In this document: piece by piece, positions 35,126 through 47,240 of the stretch | How positions within the stretch are numbered: the first letter of the stretch is position 1 | Layout of the letters: every line of letters starts with the position of its first letter | DNA from: Trichodelitschia bisporula | Taxonomy: Eukaryota | Length of the DNA stretch: 64,000 nucleotides | Assembly: GCA_010356995.1 (NCBI GenBank) | Contig: ML996698.1 | Coordinates: forward strand, 121,923-185,922 | Direction of reading: 5' to 3' | Position numbers and translations under genes: made by a program | The notes under the pieces: generated by a model | The model's database searches: none | What the model saw: only the letters and a program-made list of their open reading frames with translations | What the model was told of the DNA's origin: nothing

Positions 35126-38100
35126 CAATGCGAAGTGGGAATAGCGTTCCTGGATGCGGATTCGCTACTTTGTTTTACGGGGAAAGTCCTGTCCGGTGTG
35201 AGCCTACTGGTCCGGCACGTCTATCGGTGAGGATTGTCTGAAAGTGGAATTCTTACCTCATCGGCCGCAGATAGACGCCTATGAGGATGATATCAACTTT
35301 GGCTACTTCGGTGAGAGGTGGCTCAATCGGAGGTTGTTCGTAATCGAACCTCATGCTTCTGCATCCTCCGAGTATCTCACTGCCCTCATATCAACTTCGA
35401 CAACTGCTTTGTCGAGCTGCCGCTCAATCCGAGTTCATCGTAATCGAGCCGCGTGGTGCCGAATCCACGTACATGTCCCTGTTGGCGGAATGCCTGAAAA
35501 GCGGAGTTCTCCCTTCCTAGGCGTCCGTTCAACGTCGGCTCTTCTTCTCCTTGGCCGCAGATGACGTCCTGTTGGCACATTATCTTCAACGACTGCTCCA
35601 CTCAGATGCTCTCTCAATCAGTAGTTCATCTTGATCAAGACAACATTTTGGAAGGTACCCGCCAGATGATAGAGGAAACCGTTGATCGGGCGCTCGAACA
35701 CTACACTGTGGCAGGGGACTCCGCACTGGAAGTAGTGAACTGTTTCAGCTGACTGTCCTGAAACTGTACGCCGTTATCTGGTGAGGGTAAGGGAACTGCC
35801 GTTCGCAAATTTTTGCCATCTGTTACACTTGTGGAGTTGATTTACCATAGTAAATCAGGTTCACTTATCCCACGATGCTGTGCCAATAAGGCCTCAACAC
35901 GAATATTAGCAAAAGCCCCACCGTTGCTCTTAGGACGAGAAGAGCATGCATCAGCGCCTCCCTTTTGAGTCTTGGGCTCGATTAAGGTTTGACGTTGAAA
36001 AACGTGGCCCACTGCTGAGGGCTGCCATGGCAGACCTTGGGAATGCGCACGCAGGTTGAAGGCTGTGGCACGAACAGATCACTGAGAGGGCGTGGGGGTG
36101 GAGGGAAACTTACTGCACGGCCAGAAACCTTGTGCGGGGGGCTGGAAAAGCAAAACCGAGCCTCTGATATCTTGCCGCTGCTCGTTCCTCCATCCCCATA
36201 TCCAGAGCATATCACGGTCAATGTCGATTAACGGCTTCGTAAGGAGACATTGGATAAGAACTTAGGTGCACAGAGGTCACCGTTTTGGGAGCTTCTCCAG
36301 ACCCTTCCATGGCAATACACGTCGCGGACAGTTCAGTCTTCAGGCTCTTCTAGATCGCGTGGATTAGAAGTTACCCATGAACCGGGCACCATTTGAGCAA
36401 CGCCTAAAAGCTGGCATGGACTGTGTGGCCGGAAGGAGATTCCATAGCCGTCCGAACTCCATGATGTTCGAAGCGACACAGCGCATATGCGGCGTTGTAT
36501 TGTAGAACAAGCTCGACGTGGCGGTCGATATAGCATCATGGGTTGAGAGGCGAGAAACTGCATGCCGAACCTTCCAGATCGATCCTAAAACCTATCCACT
36601 TCAAGCCGCCGGGTTGTGACTGTCGCCGCGTTGCAGCAGATGTACGGCATGAAAGTGCTCGTAGTGCTGTTTTTGGACAGACGTCATTACCAATACCGGT
36701 GGGATAGTGAGGCCGCTCGCTTCCCCTCGCTTTCGTTGTGGACTCCGGAGGGCCGAGCCTTCCAAGTCTGACTGTCCAAGCTGTCCGAAAGGCTGCGTGG
36801 GCGGTTCAACTTTACTGGAAGGTATTGCATAGCCATGGTTTGCGGGGCGGTGGTTAACGTCGCGAGTGTAAGCTCCAAGTGTTAGATCCTGACGCAGAAA
36901 GACGATTGGTGATACTGTCAGCTGCAGAGTATTTTGCATATGGTATTGGAGTAGCCGTGCGGTGTTCGCACAGCTAAGGCGTCGCCGAGATAATCGTGAG
37001 GTCGAGCTAGCAGCTTTCTCAGCCTTTGCATGGCCTTGGTGGTGTGTAGAGATGACTGCTAGTGGTGTTGAATCTGCAGCATCCAGGCAGCATGGCACTC
37101 TTGCTTCATTGAATTAAAAGGCGTTTATTCACGGAAGGGAAGACAAACCGCGCAGCTAGCAGACTTTGGGATTGTCACAGGCGCGCAGCCGGCTAGCATC
37201 CTTCATTCATCGCCCAAAATCAAGGTGAAATAAGAAAGAGGAATAACAAGGCTCATCCATAATCTTCGGCAACTGTTGAGCAGTAGGCGCATAAGAATAT
37301 CGGATGTTGACAGGAGTGGAGGAGAAAATGCGTGGTCCTGTAGCTGGAGATGATGTTGGATTTCATGAAGGCATATCCGAGAGAACCCCGAAGCCTCGCT
37401 TCCCGCCGACCATTCGTCGGCCCGATGTTGAACCCGATTCGGATATTGCACTGAGGCAGAAGCTAGAGAACGTCAGTGTGCTCAGCTCTAAGATACGACC
37501 TTGACGCACCAGCAAGTAACCGACTGCGTCGGTGATTGAAGTATATATGAGAGATTCAACGCCACACTCTCGAGTTTCACCTGTGAGAGTGTGCCTTGAA
37601 GGGTATGATACCATCTCGACTGGTAGACTGCGGAGCTTACTATTGTCACATGCTGGGGAGCATGGTAAGCCGGGCATTGATACGAGCGTCAGGATTCGGC
37701 GATTCAACTGCATCCCGGCCATACTTGAAGGTTGCCAAATTTGTTGTGCGGATAGGGGCGCGTACCTTGTGATCTTTGGCACATTAGCAGGTCTGAGCAG
37801 ATCCAACAAACACTTAAATCCAATGCTGATGGGGGGCCATCTGGCGACCCCTAAGCGCTTACTGAGAGTACAGTAGGATATCAACGCCTGTCGTTAGAGA
37901 GTCTGGCGGAGACATTTGCTGTTTAAAAGCTGGTAACGTTAATAGGGTTGGCTATGGAAAAAGGCGTCAACAGGCATTCGGCGCCGCCTGGCCACTCTGG
38001 AAGGGAATATTGGCTTTACGCTAGTTCAGCCTTAGGTGTTCCGCTGTGTAACGGGGTCAGGCTGAGACCAGGGTCGTGACTCGAGCGGCGCTAGGAGGGT

Positions 38101-38308
38101 TGCCAAGCCTTACGGAGGCGGGGTCCAGTACCATTTTATACTCTCATAAAGAGCGCGCACAACGCGGTGCTCGGCAATAAGGAAGAAATCATCGAAACGA
38201 GCACAGCTTGCAGTTCAGAGGGAAATATGATATCGGATCTTTTGCGTAGAACGGAGACGAATCGTGAATACAGATCCCGCATGACTATGCCATAGAAAGC
38301 AGCTAATA

Positions 38309-39424
38309 CTACATTACAATACAACAACCTCCTCCAGATTCCTTCGTCTTTTGTACAGGTTTGGCACTTGATGAAGGCGTCCGAGCAGTAGGGGGCCGAG
38401 CAGTCCGCGGTCGAGCAGTGGAGGGTCGCGCAGTGGGAAGGCGAGCAGTGGAGCCGCCAGCGGTTGGGGGACGAGCGGTGCGGGTGCGAGAGTGAGACCG
38501 GGCACTCGGGGGACGATTAGACCGTGACCGTGGCCGAGCAGTTCCTTGTCGCGTTGACCCAGGGCGATCTTGAGGCGCAGGGGCAATATAGCCCGAAACC
38601 AGGGCCTCCATCATACGAGTTGTGACGACAGATGCCCTTGAGTGAATCTTCTGTGCGCCGAAGTTTCCGCCCGTATTGTCGCCAGCTTCGATCAGCGCCG
38701 GCCATACAACGAGGGCCAAATGGGTACCAGTGGAGCGGTCCCACTCCCTCTGGGGTATGTCGTATTCATCCATACCCAACGTCGGTCGAAAGCGCTGCGT
38801 AATCCGATTTTCACCCAGAGCCGTTATCATCAACAATGGCCATGTCTTGAGGAAGTAGTGCGAGACTTGCTTTTGAAAGTCTCGGTCGAGGCTCACGGCG
38901 GTTTCAACCGCATTGCGAAGTTGATGTTCCAGCGGACGTGATATTTCTGGAAGATACCTTCGTATATCGCCGACCAGGTCGTCCTGAAGCATGACAAGCA
39001 AGTCTTGTCGAACTTCGGGCTGGACTTCGTAATCATTGGCCAGCCGCCATCTTCGCAATTGGAGCTCTGCTTCGTCGTTTCCGGTACCTAAAGTATGAGT
39101 CGCTGGGGTGATCTAGGGGAGAATACACATACTTTCCAAAAGCCCCTCATGCGACCTTTCGGTCCGCCAGAAGAAACCTGAGCCGGCTCTCTCGTCTCCG
39201 AAGACATTTCCCGTGAGAAAGGCCCATATATATCCAATGATGAAGGGCAATCGGAGCTCTGCGGTGTTGAGGCAGTATTGAGCATCAGGGGAAACAGTTC
39301 CCAGCATCCACGCATTATTTGTGCCTGTTTGTCCGAAGCCGGCGAATTCAGCGGTGACAGCTGCCTGATCGACTTTGCCTCTGAGGTCATAATATCGGGC
39401 TGTAAGACCAACGACATCTCCCAT
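38309..39424 (-). CDS. Uncharacterised helical protein with C-terminal CaaX box (GGGCCIVM*); intron 39088-39132
   Basis: The GTATGT...TAG intron joins ORF 39113-39424 to ORF 38309-39058 in frame (356 aa). Motifs YIWAFL...VF...FFW, LRRWR, AVSLD..F..Q, LVVWPAL...G...G.NF; (TARPP)n tail. Confidence 0.7.
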
Positions 39425-40241
39425 TTTTTATCCATGGGGGCTATGAAGAGCTGAGGCCAAACACTGCTATTGGTCAGATTCGAACGAGCGAAACGGGGGG
39501 AGTATTGTAGATACCTAGGTTTCTATCATTGAAGCCGAGCAAAGCGAGGCAAAGCGAGGCGAATATTAATAGTCAGGAGGCTAGCAGTGAGCCGGAGCTA
39601 ATGACTACAGAGCTAGTATCAGCTACCCGTACCATAGTACACGTGCACTACCATACGGTAATTAGCTCCCACTGTAGCCAATCATCTGCGATAAAAGAAG
39701 CAGAGATTATTGATAGATAACGCCATTTTTTCGCATAGCTCCTTGGCCCGTTTCCTAGGTAACGCGGCGTGCACGGGAACCGGCGGAGCCGTACTGTACA
39801 GCGTACCACAGTACTTCACCATGCACCGTTTGGTACGACGGTTGAACGCACTACAGTGGAGAGTGTTACTAGGCCACACTATCCGTAGATGGGTCAAGCT
39901 GGATGCTTCTCCATTGCTGACGAGAAGAATGCCATGCGAGAATCTGCAGTATCTAGTGATGAGAAACAAGCACGCTAGCAATGCCAGGAATGAGCATTCC
40001 GAGTCACTTGTCGAAATAGACGTTCACACTCCTGGCATCTGAAGGACAAAAGAATTTGGTTTCTCGCGAAGGGTTCAATCGCCATCAAAATGTTCCACAA
40101 TACAGCAAAGTTCCACCTTGCGTCACCGAGCTCGTTAGACTCCAAGTTGCAACCAACACGCGGCGTACGAAAACATCCAGTCCCTGAGGATATATTCAGG
40201 GATCCGCGGCAAATTGATATCCTCAGAGATTGCCAGAATTT

Positions 40242-43200
40242 CTATTCTATCATGCTGGGAACAAGGGACAGCAGGGAAGGAAACACTGCTCCGGTATGAC
40301 GCAATAGTAAGCTCATATCTGCTAGAGGTTCGTGGACGGGCACACTTTCCGAATCCGAAGACGTTGCAATGTACTGCTCAGATATCAATTATTTAGATGC
40401 ATAGGGAAGGGGGCAGGAAACTTACACTCGTTTGCTGCGACAGTTCATCCTCTGCATCAGTCAGGTCAGCCAATGTGGAATCCTCAGTCTCTGCAGTTCC
40501 GTTTATACCTAGAACAAGAAGGTTAAATTAATTCTGGACATCAAAGCGCGAGAAGTGGAGACTACAGAACTGGTGCAACATACGAAGTTCCGAATCGTCC
40601 AGCATGATTCGGCGCGGAAACCTGCTGAGAGAGTATCGATTCAGAGGCTTGCCAGGCGACGTAAGCAGCAACGACATATCAACCTGGGCATTTTTCGTGG
40701 AGACTGCCAGGTTGCGGATGATTACATAGGGGTCTCGTCCAGATATCATCCGCTCAACAGTTTCCTCAAGCTCAATCTGTGAGAAGGTCAGATTTCTCAA
40801 AGCGCCATCAGATCAAGTAAGACCCGTATCCACAAATACTAGGACTCGCAATCGTTTCATGCACCTTTTGGAGACAAGTGTACTGACCTTTTGAATAGTG
40901 TTTCCGCTTTCTCCACATGTGCACTCTCGAACTTCGAGAGACAGTTTCACGCCAGAGCGTTGCCGTTGTACGAGAAAAGTACCTAAGGCTCTGATATAGT
41001 CTTTGCGCTCCCTCAGGCGACAAACAACTTTTCCTTTTCGCAAAGCGAGTAAGCGACGTAAGAAATGGTGGGAGGGCCGAGCATATACCCGTTATCTTGT
41101 ACCCAGAGCCTTCACCGGTGGGCACCGGTAAGGTCGAGGCTGTGAAGAAGAATAGACTGGCAACAAGATTCATCACTATCCTATCAATGACTGTAAGTTG
41201 AGTGTCCAGGTAGCTCTGGGTTTGGCGCTGGATGCGGTCAAAGTGCTTCATTGCGTTGGTACCGTGGCTTGGATCGATCGAGAGTCTGGGGTTGATTCGA
41301 ACGTAGCGTTCTCTCAGCTGACGTGCCGCATTTTCTCGATCGCTGACCAGGAAATCTTGCCACATTGACTCCGCATCTGGAATATCAGGCAAGCGAGATT
41401 CCTGCTAACCCCTCAGTGGATTTCGCAACACTCATGGAAACACGTACCCAAAACTTGGGGCCTTTGCGACTAGAGTGTGTAGTGGGGCTTATCCTGTCGT
41501 CAGGACTGACGGGTTCGGTGCCATTGTATCCGGAACCGATTGAAAGCAGGAGGTCGGGATCAACAGCAGCTACATCAGTCCATATTCTTCTCATCTCTGC
41601 GTCGACAAGTTGTATCGGGTTGTTGTAGCGCAGCGTGCCATCCAGATAGCTTCGATGTGTTCTTGAATGTGTGAAGGACTTGAATAGTCGAGGAAAGGCG
41701 GATGCGGCTGCGCCCGCCTCCCATACCTGCAATTCTGATCCGCGATCATCAGGCCTGTGGAGTTCATAGTCGCCAGAAACGCTCCCGGAATGGCTGTAAT
41801 TCGCCAGAAGGACTGGTTTCCGAGTTATTTGGTCGGTTGCTGTTACGGCGACTTTGACATTGCTGTGAGTTCTGCCCGGTTCGTCACGTCCGAAAAGGGC
41901 AGTGCATCCTAAGCTTGTTTTCAAAGTCTCATATAGAGGAGTGGTCTTCAAAACGCTCCTATGGCGGAAGGGCACTAATTTGCTGATGCCGGGAACTCTG
42001 AAAAGCACACGGGGCCTGAAGGCGTTATCGCGAAATGTATCCTGGTCTTCGAGGCATTCACCGACCGTTTTCTCCCGGACGCCGAGGCTGAGCGCTAGGA
42101 TTGCACCGGCACTAAAAAGAAGTCAGCAAACTCTACCCGCATTAAAAGACAGTCTGCTTACCCGGAACCAACCATCAGATCGAAGAAGGCCTGTATGGGG
42201 ATTTCTGATGGAAGTTCCCTTTGAAGGGCGCGGAGAACTTCCAACTCGGCAATAGCGAGAACCCCTCCGCTAATCACCGATTAGCTTCTAATTAGGTTCG
42301 GTCAAAAAAGAGTACTTACCCATCGAGACTCAGCAATCGTACACCCGCCTGCTCTGGTTTGAACCGGATAACATGCACTTCCGGTGCCGCACCCGATGAA
42401 GACGCATGGAGGGGGCAGCCCGTTAGCGTGACTTCATTGTAGGTATGCAGCTTGTTTCCTTGGGCCTGAACACACTTTGTGCACAGTACATGTCCACAGG
42501 CCAGTGGATGCTCCGGAGCAGTTGCCAAACAACCAAGACATGTGGTCTGGCTAAAGAATTTGGGCCACCCTAAGTGAAAGGCTTGGAGGAAACGATCGAT
42601 TTTCTGCGAGTGCAAGGGCCATATGTCGTCAAGACCTTCACGGGTAGGGCCAAAGGAAAGCCGTGTTTTCAAGTCGTCTTGGATGCTGGATATGGCCTTC
42701 CTGATAAGGTCGATCCATTCGTCAACCCTCGAACTCGAAAATCGGGGGTCTGGTTGGTAATCGCCTCGTTGGATGATGCGCCCGTCACAGTCTTGATGGC
42801 CTTTCAGGCCGTGGATTAACTTGACATTGACGCAATGCCTGTCTCCCTTGCTGAAGCCGCATGGCCAGTATTTATCGCAAAAGGTAGTGAAAGCATCCTC
42901 AAACGATGACTGGTATTGGCGAAAGATTTCAGAGTCGGTCGCCCATCCTATTTGCAGTTAGCAGGGCACACTGACTGGTAATTTCACGTCCGCACCTTGT
43001 TTGCGCACCCTCACAACGTCTAAGACAACACAAGAGGCCACCAGTTCGGTGAATGTGTTGTAGATGTCTTCATCCTTAGCCCTATCCCGCGCATCACAGA
43101 TACAGAGGGCAAGCCGCACAACGTGGTTGGCGAAGTTTTGCGGGATCGGATTGAGCCTGAGGGATACCCTGACAAAGTTGAAGGGCTCGTTCAGTTTCTG

Positions 43201-44711
43201 GGTGAAGTGGTCAAGGGCGGATCGCAAGTACACGTTAAATGTTTGTGCTTCAAGAAGCATGTGCGCTTTTTGCTTTGCCTTGTTGGACTCCTCGCAGCCA
43301 TCTTGGATCTTTTGCCTTAGCTTGCCGAGTTGCGTATTTAAGCGACTGTATCTGCCATCGGTCGCTGCTGGAAGTCGGACGACAGTAAATGAAGAATAGT
43401 AGCGCAGGATGAGGTCTTGGATAGTCTGATCTCTTGGTTCTGTGGTGCCAGCTTCCGGTGCGCCAGCGGTGCAACTCACATTCAAGTCGGCCATAAGCTT
43501 CTGTGCATGCCTTGTAGGCAAATCGTTGACAAGAGCCAGCAGTTCATCCCTTGTCTTATTAGTATCCCATTCGTCGTCAGGATTTTTGCGGGAAGGCGCT
43601 ACGGCGTTCAGAGCTAGAATAACGTGCGGAAGAGTTGGCTGGTTGACCGATGTTTCAAGAGAGTTTGCACCCCACTCAATCAGATTGTACAAAGCATCTT
43701 GGAAGGTCCTAAAAATCATTAGGCTGAAGAGCGACTGATGGAAATGGCCCTTACTTTGGATTCTTGCATACATAAACGACGACAGCAGAGAATGCGTATA
43801 GCACGCGTGGGTACAGGTGGCCAACAGCGAACCGTCTGTCGGAAACTGATACGCCCGGCTGCATCCTGGATGGTGGCTTGCTCAGAGAGTCGGGTCTGGC
43901 CCATTGCAAAACTCGTACACGGCTTGCAGTAATTAGAGGATCATGGTCGTCCGGCTCGCGTCGTCGGTTGGCCATTGGCGACAAGTCACCGCCCTTCAAG
44001 CCTTCGCAGTCGACGTACAGAATGGGCTGGTCCTTGTCGTACGAGTCGGGGTCAGCATACAGGTGAACGTCAGCTGATATGGGAAGTGTATCGTTCGATG
44101 CATCCACAACAGGAGTCGGAAACTCGTCCCCGGATAGGCGACAAGACTCAATAAGCATTCTGATTAGAGTGCTCTTGCCCGCTCCTGTGAAGTATGGTGT
44201 TAGCACATCCCCACATATACATGATGAACTCACCTGTCTCGCCCACAAACGACACAAGTTGTGGGTACTTCTCAGGCGAATTGGCCTTAATGTTTCGGGT
44301 GACGATATCGGTGTATGCATCGAACTCTTCGAGGACGGGGGTATCCGAACCGTTCTGTCGCCATCCTTCACCAGGTTAAAACATGCGGCGCAGGGGAACA
44401 AGATGGTACATACCTAACCACTTTGTCCGTTCGTCGAGTATGTGGGCATTGTCGTCACTCGAGGCGTGGAGGATCTTGTGGAATCTGTCATGCAGTAGGG
44501 GGTTTTCCTTCTCGTGCACTTGCGGTCCGCGTGACTTTTTGCGATGAGCTTGTTGTCTGTCCCAGCAGACATCACATAAACGAAGGTTACAGTTCGGACA
44601 GTACGACACGGGGGAGTCTCCGGGTTTGCAATCATCCCCCTCACACAAAATCGCATCTGTATCCACCGAGTTCTCAGAGTTCTGAACGTCCAGGGAGCTA
44701 CTGGAATCCAT
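40242..44711 (-). CDS. Multidomain protein, copy 1: B-box-like finger + GBP/atlastin-like P-loop GTPase + RING-like finger + patatin (catalytic Ser absent); about 12 exons
   Basis: Hand-spliced with GT-AG introns: CPNC..LCDVCW...H; LVSFVGET|GAGKST; DCEG; WPC...CVN...H..KGHQ; CLGC..CGHVLCTKC..CPLH; LLSLDG|GGVL; MVGSG|AG; VWEAGAA.SA.P; YLDG..NNP; LLSIGSG. The last two exons (40508-40426, 40373-40242) are less certain. Confidence 0.85.
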
Positions 44712-45961
44712 CTGCGCCTTGGTAAACGATCCGACAGGGCAGTTCAGCACATGAAGTGGAAAAATATGCGGAGTATGTTGATGTTAAGGCGCGGCTAACA
44801 AAAAAAAAGGGGTTAAGTGACGATCCCACTGACGAGAACATAAAACAGATAACCAAGCTCGCTGGACAAAATATGCGATAAGAGCGAACATGAAATATGT
44901 GCCTTTGAAGCAAGATAAACCAAACCTCATACTATGCGGCTCTGCGGGCGAAAGTACATGATCCTTAGATCGGAAGACCCTCCCAGGACCATGGACGTAT
45001 GGCCTGGTAACACGGCAAGCTTGAACCAATATGGTTTCGGCACGTCACAATATTGGGCTCCGAGGAGCTGTAAGTCAGGCAAAAGACAACATAAGGCTAG
45101 ACATCAAGGTCTGGACATGCACCATCCTGCGAGTCATCAGCCTGAGTGCTGTTGTTTTTTTGGGTTGCACTGATGAAGCCAAATTGAATCTGCAGCTCCT
45201 TCAAAATATCCTGTCTGCGTGAATCGTGGCGCAAGCGCTGGCAATAGAAACTTGCCTCCCTCCCCATCCCAGCCGCGATGAAAGGCAGATGCCTGAATGA
45301 CTGTGCATTGAAGACAGCTACAGGCAACGGCGCAAAGCAGCCCAAAATGAGGCGAACCGTGCATCTCGATTATCGCCGTGGTTGACCTAAAGACGAGTTG
45401 CAATATTTTCCATGCAACGTATGGTCCTGTACAAGGTGCAGCTGATGTGAACTGCATGAGCGCCGAATCCGTAGCTGTGCGGGGAGGGTTGCGGTTCGAT
45501 GGCGGGGAGGCGTCGTGCTCTCATCGTAGGGCGGAGGTGTTGTTCGAGTTACGTCCGAGTGCTTCCACATCATTCCAAGCGACCACGCCGACCAACGCGT
45601 CAATGCGTCGCGCGCCTCGGATTGGCGTTTTTCCGGTGGTGGCCGTAGGAGGCCATACCAGGTCATGTGACCGTGATATGTTTGCCAGGATACGACTCTA
45701 CTACTTGCGGAATTGCGATCTTCAAGCTAAGATATCCCGGGCCTATTTTACCCAGTCCGGAGGCCTGCGTAAGGCACGGGTCTAACAATTGCCAAAACGA
45801 GGCATTGCTACGTCTTCAAGTGCGGGCCAACCTTGATTCTGCCACTCCACGAGGTTGCAAACGCGTGTTAAAGGCAGCCGTATGATATGTGCGCACACCT
45901 CGCACCTCTATCATCTCATCAACACCCATCCAAGATTCTACAAGCCGCCAATCCAGCAACC

Positions 45962-46684
45962 ATGCCGTTCCGCATCCGCGACGCCGTCCCCGACGCCTCA
46001 AACACCGATGCCAAGTTCATCACAGCCGCCTTCGACTCATGCATCCCGCACCTGGCCACTATCGGCAGCGCCAGCCCATGGGGAACCGACTCGCTGTCTT
46101 CGGTCCGCCCCAACCTCATCGACCGCTACATCGCCGCCGTCGCCGACGCCGAGAGATACCGTCTCACCAGTTCCGGCCCCCCGGTGCGCGTCCTGATTGC
46201 CGACGCCCGCCTGCCGAGCGGGGAGTACCTCCCTGTAGGCGCGGCGACCCTGCGCGGGGGATACATCTCCAAGTATGTGCTGGAGCAGAAGCACTTGCAG
46301 GACGTAACCAGCAGGGGGTTGGCTGGGGAAGAGGGCGGGTTAATGTTCTTGGAGACTCTCGTCACGGATTTCAGCGAGGCGACCAGAGAGTATCGCAAGG
46401 GTGCCGCGGCCGCGCTGGTGAAGTATAAGCGGGAGTGGGTGGGGACGGAGTTGGGGATGAGTGTGATTTACCTTGACTGCTGGGCAGGGAACGAAGGGAA
46501 GTTGTTTAAGTATGTCACTTTCCTGGAGTGACCCAAGACGCTAGGGCTGAGATGGAGAAATTTACGTGAGGCGATATGCTGACCGAGAGACAGGTTCTAC
46601 GAAGCACAGGGCTTTCAAAAGGTGGATGGGTTTATGTCTGAGGGGTGGTCGGGTATGTTTATGCGAATGGACCTTGGGAAGTAG
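45962..46684 (+). CDS. GNAT family acetyltransferase, copy 1; 1 intron
   Basis: GS..WG, LETLVTD...RKGAA, YLDCWAGNEGKL.|FYE.QGF. The last exon follows CTGAC...CAG and ends at TAG 46682-46684. Confidence 0.85.
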
Positions 46685-47240
46685 GATGCGGAGTAGTAAG
46701 GGTTCTTCAGATAAGCTTTTGTTTCGGAGCATAAATCTGGCTTTCGCAACTGGAATCAGCATGGTGATGTTGTCATCCAGGGGTTGCCACTGATTCTCTG
46801 AGTGAGTAATCGTCGCCCTTGATGGGATGAGTGCGAGTAGCCTTGATTTCCGAGATACCCGTGGGTCAATACTGCTCCTTCCTTCAAGTCAAGCAATCCG
46901 AGCATCACTATCCGGGATAGGAGATTGTCAGCAGGAGCTGGGAGAGTGTGAGATCTTTATCGGTGTGCGTACTTCGAAGGTAGAGCTGCAAATGGGTCAT
47001 GTGATGCCGGTTGGCCTTCGGCGGAACCGTTATCGGGGGTGCGCACGGGCCAGCTTGTCCTATGGGGTTAATATGCAGCGGTAGGGCTGGGCGTTGATGG
47101 GTGAGGGCTGGGGTTGGGGGGGATGGATGGGGGGGTGGGTTGTTGAGCTGCGTTGTTTCTTGTTTTTGTTTCTAATTCTACATTTGACAGCAAGAGACGC
47201 TCCTGCGCCTGTGGCTGCGCGTTTGGACGGCTGAAGTCTG

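Noticed and set aside
35244..38130. Possible decayed gene next to the duplicated module
   Set aside because: Only short fragments in mixed frames; nothing supportable without a search.
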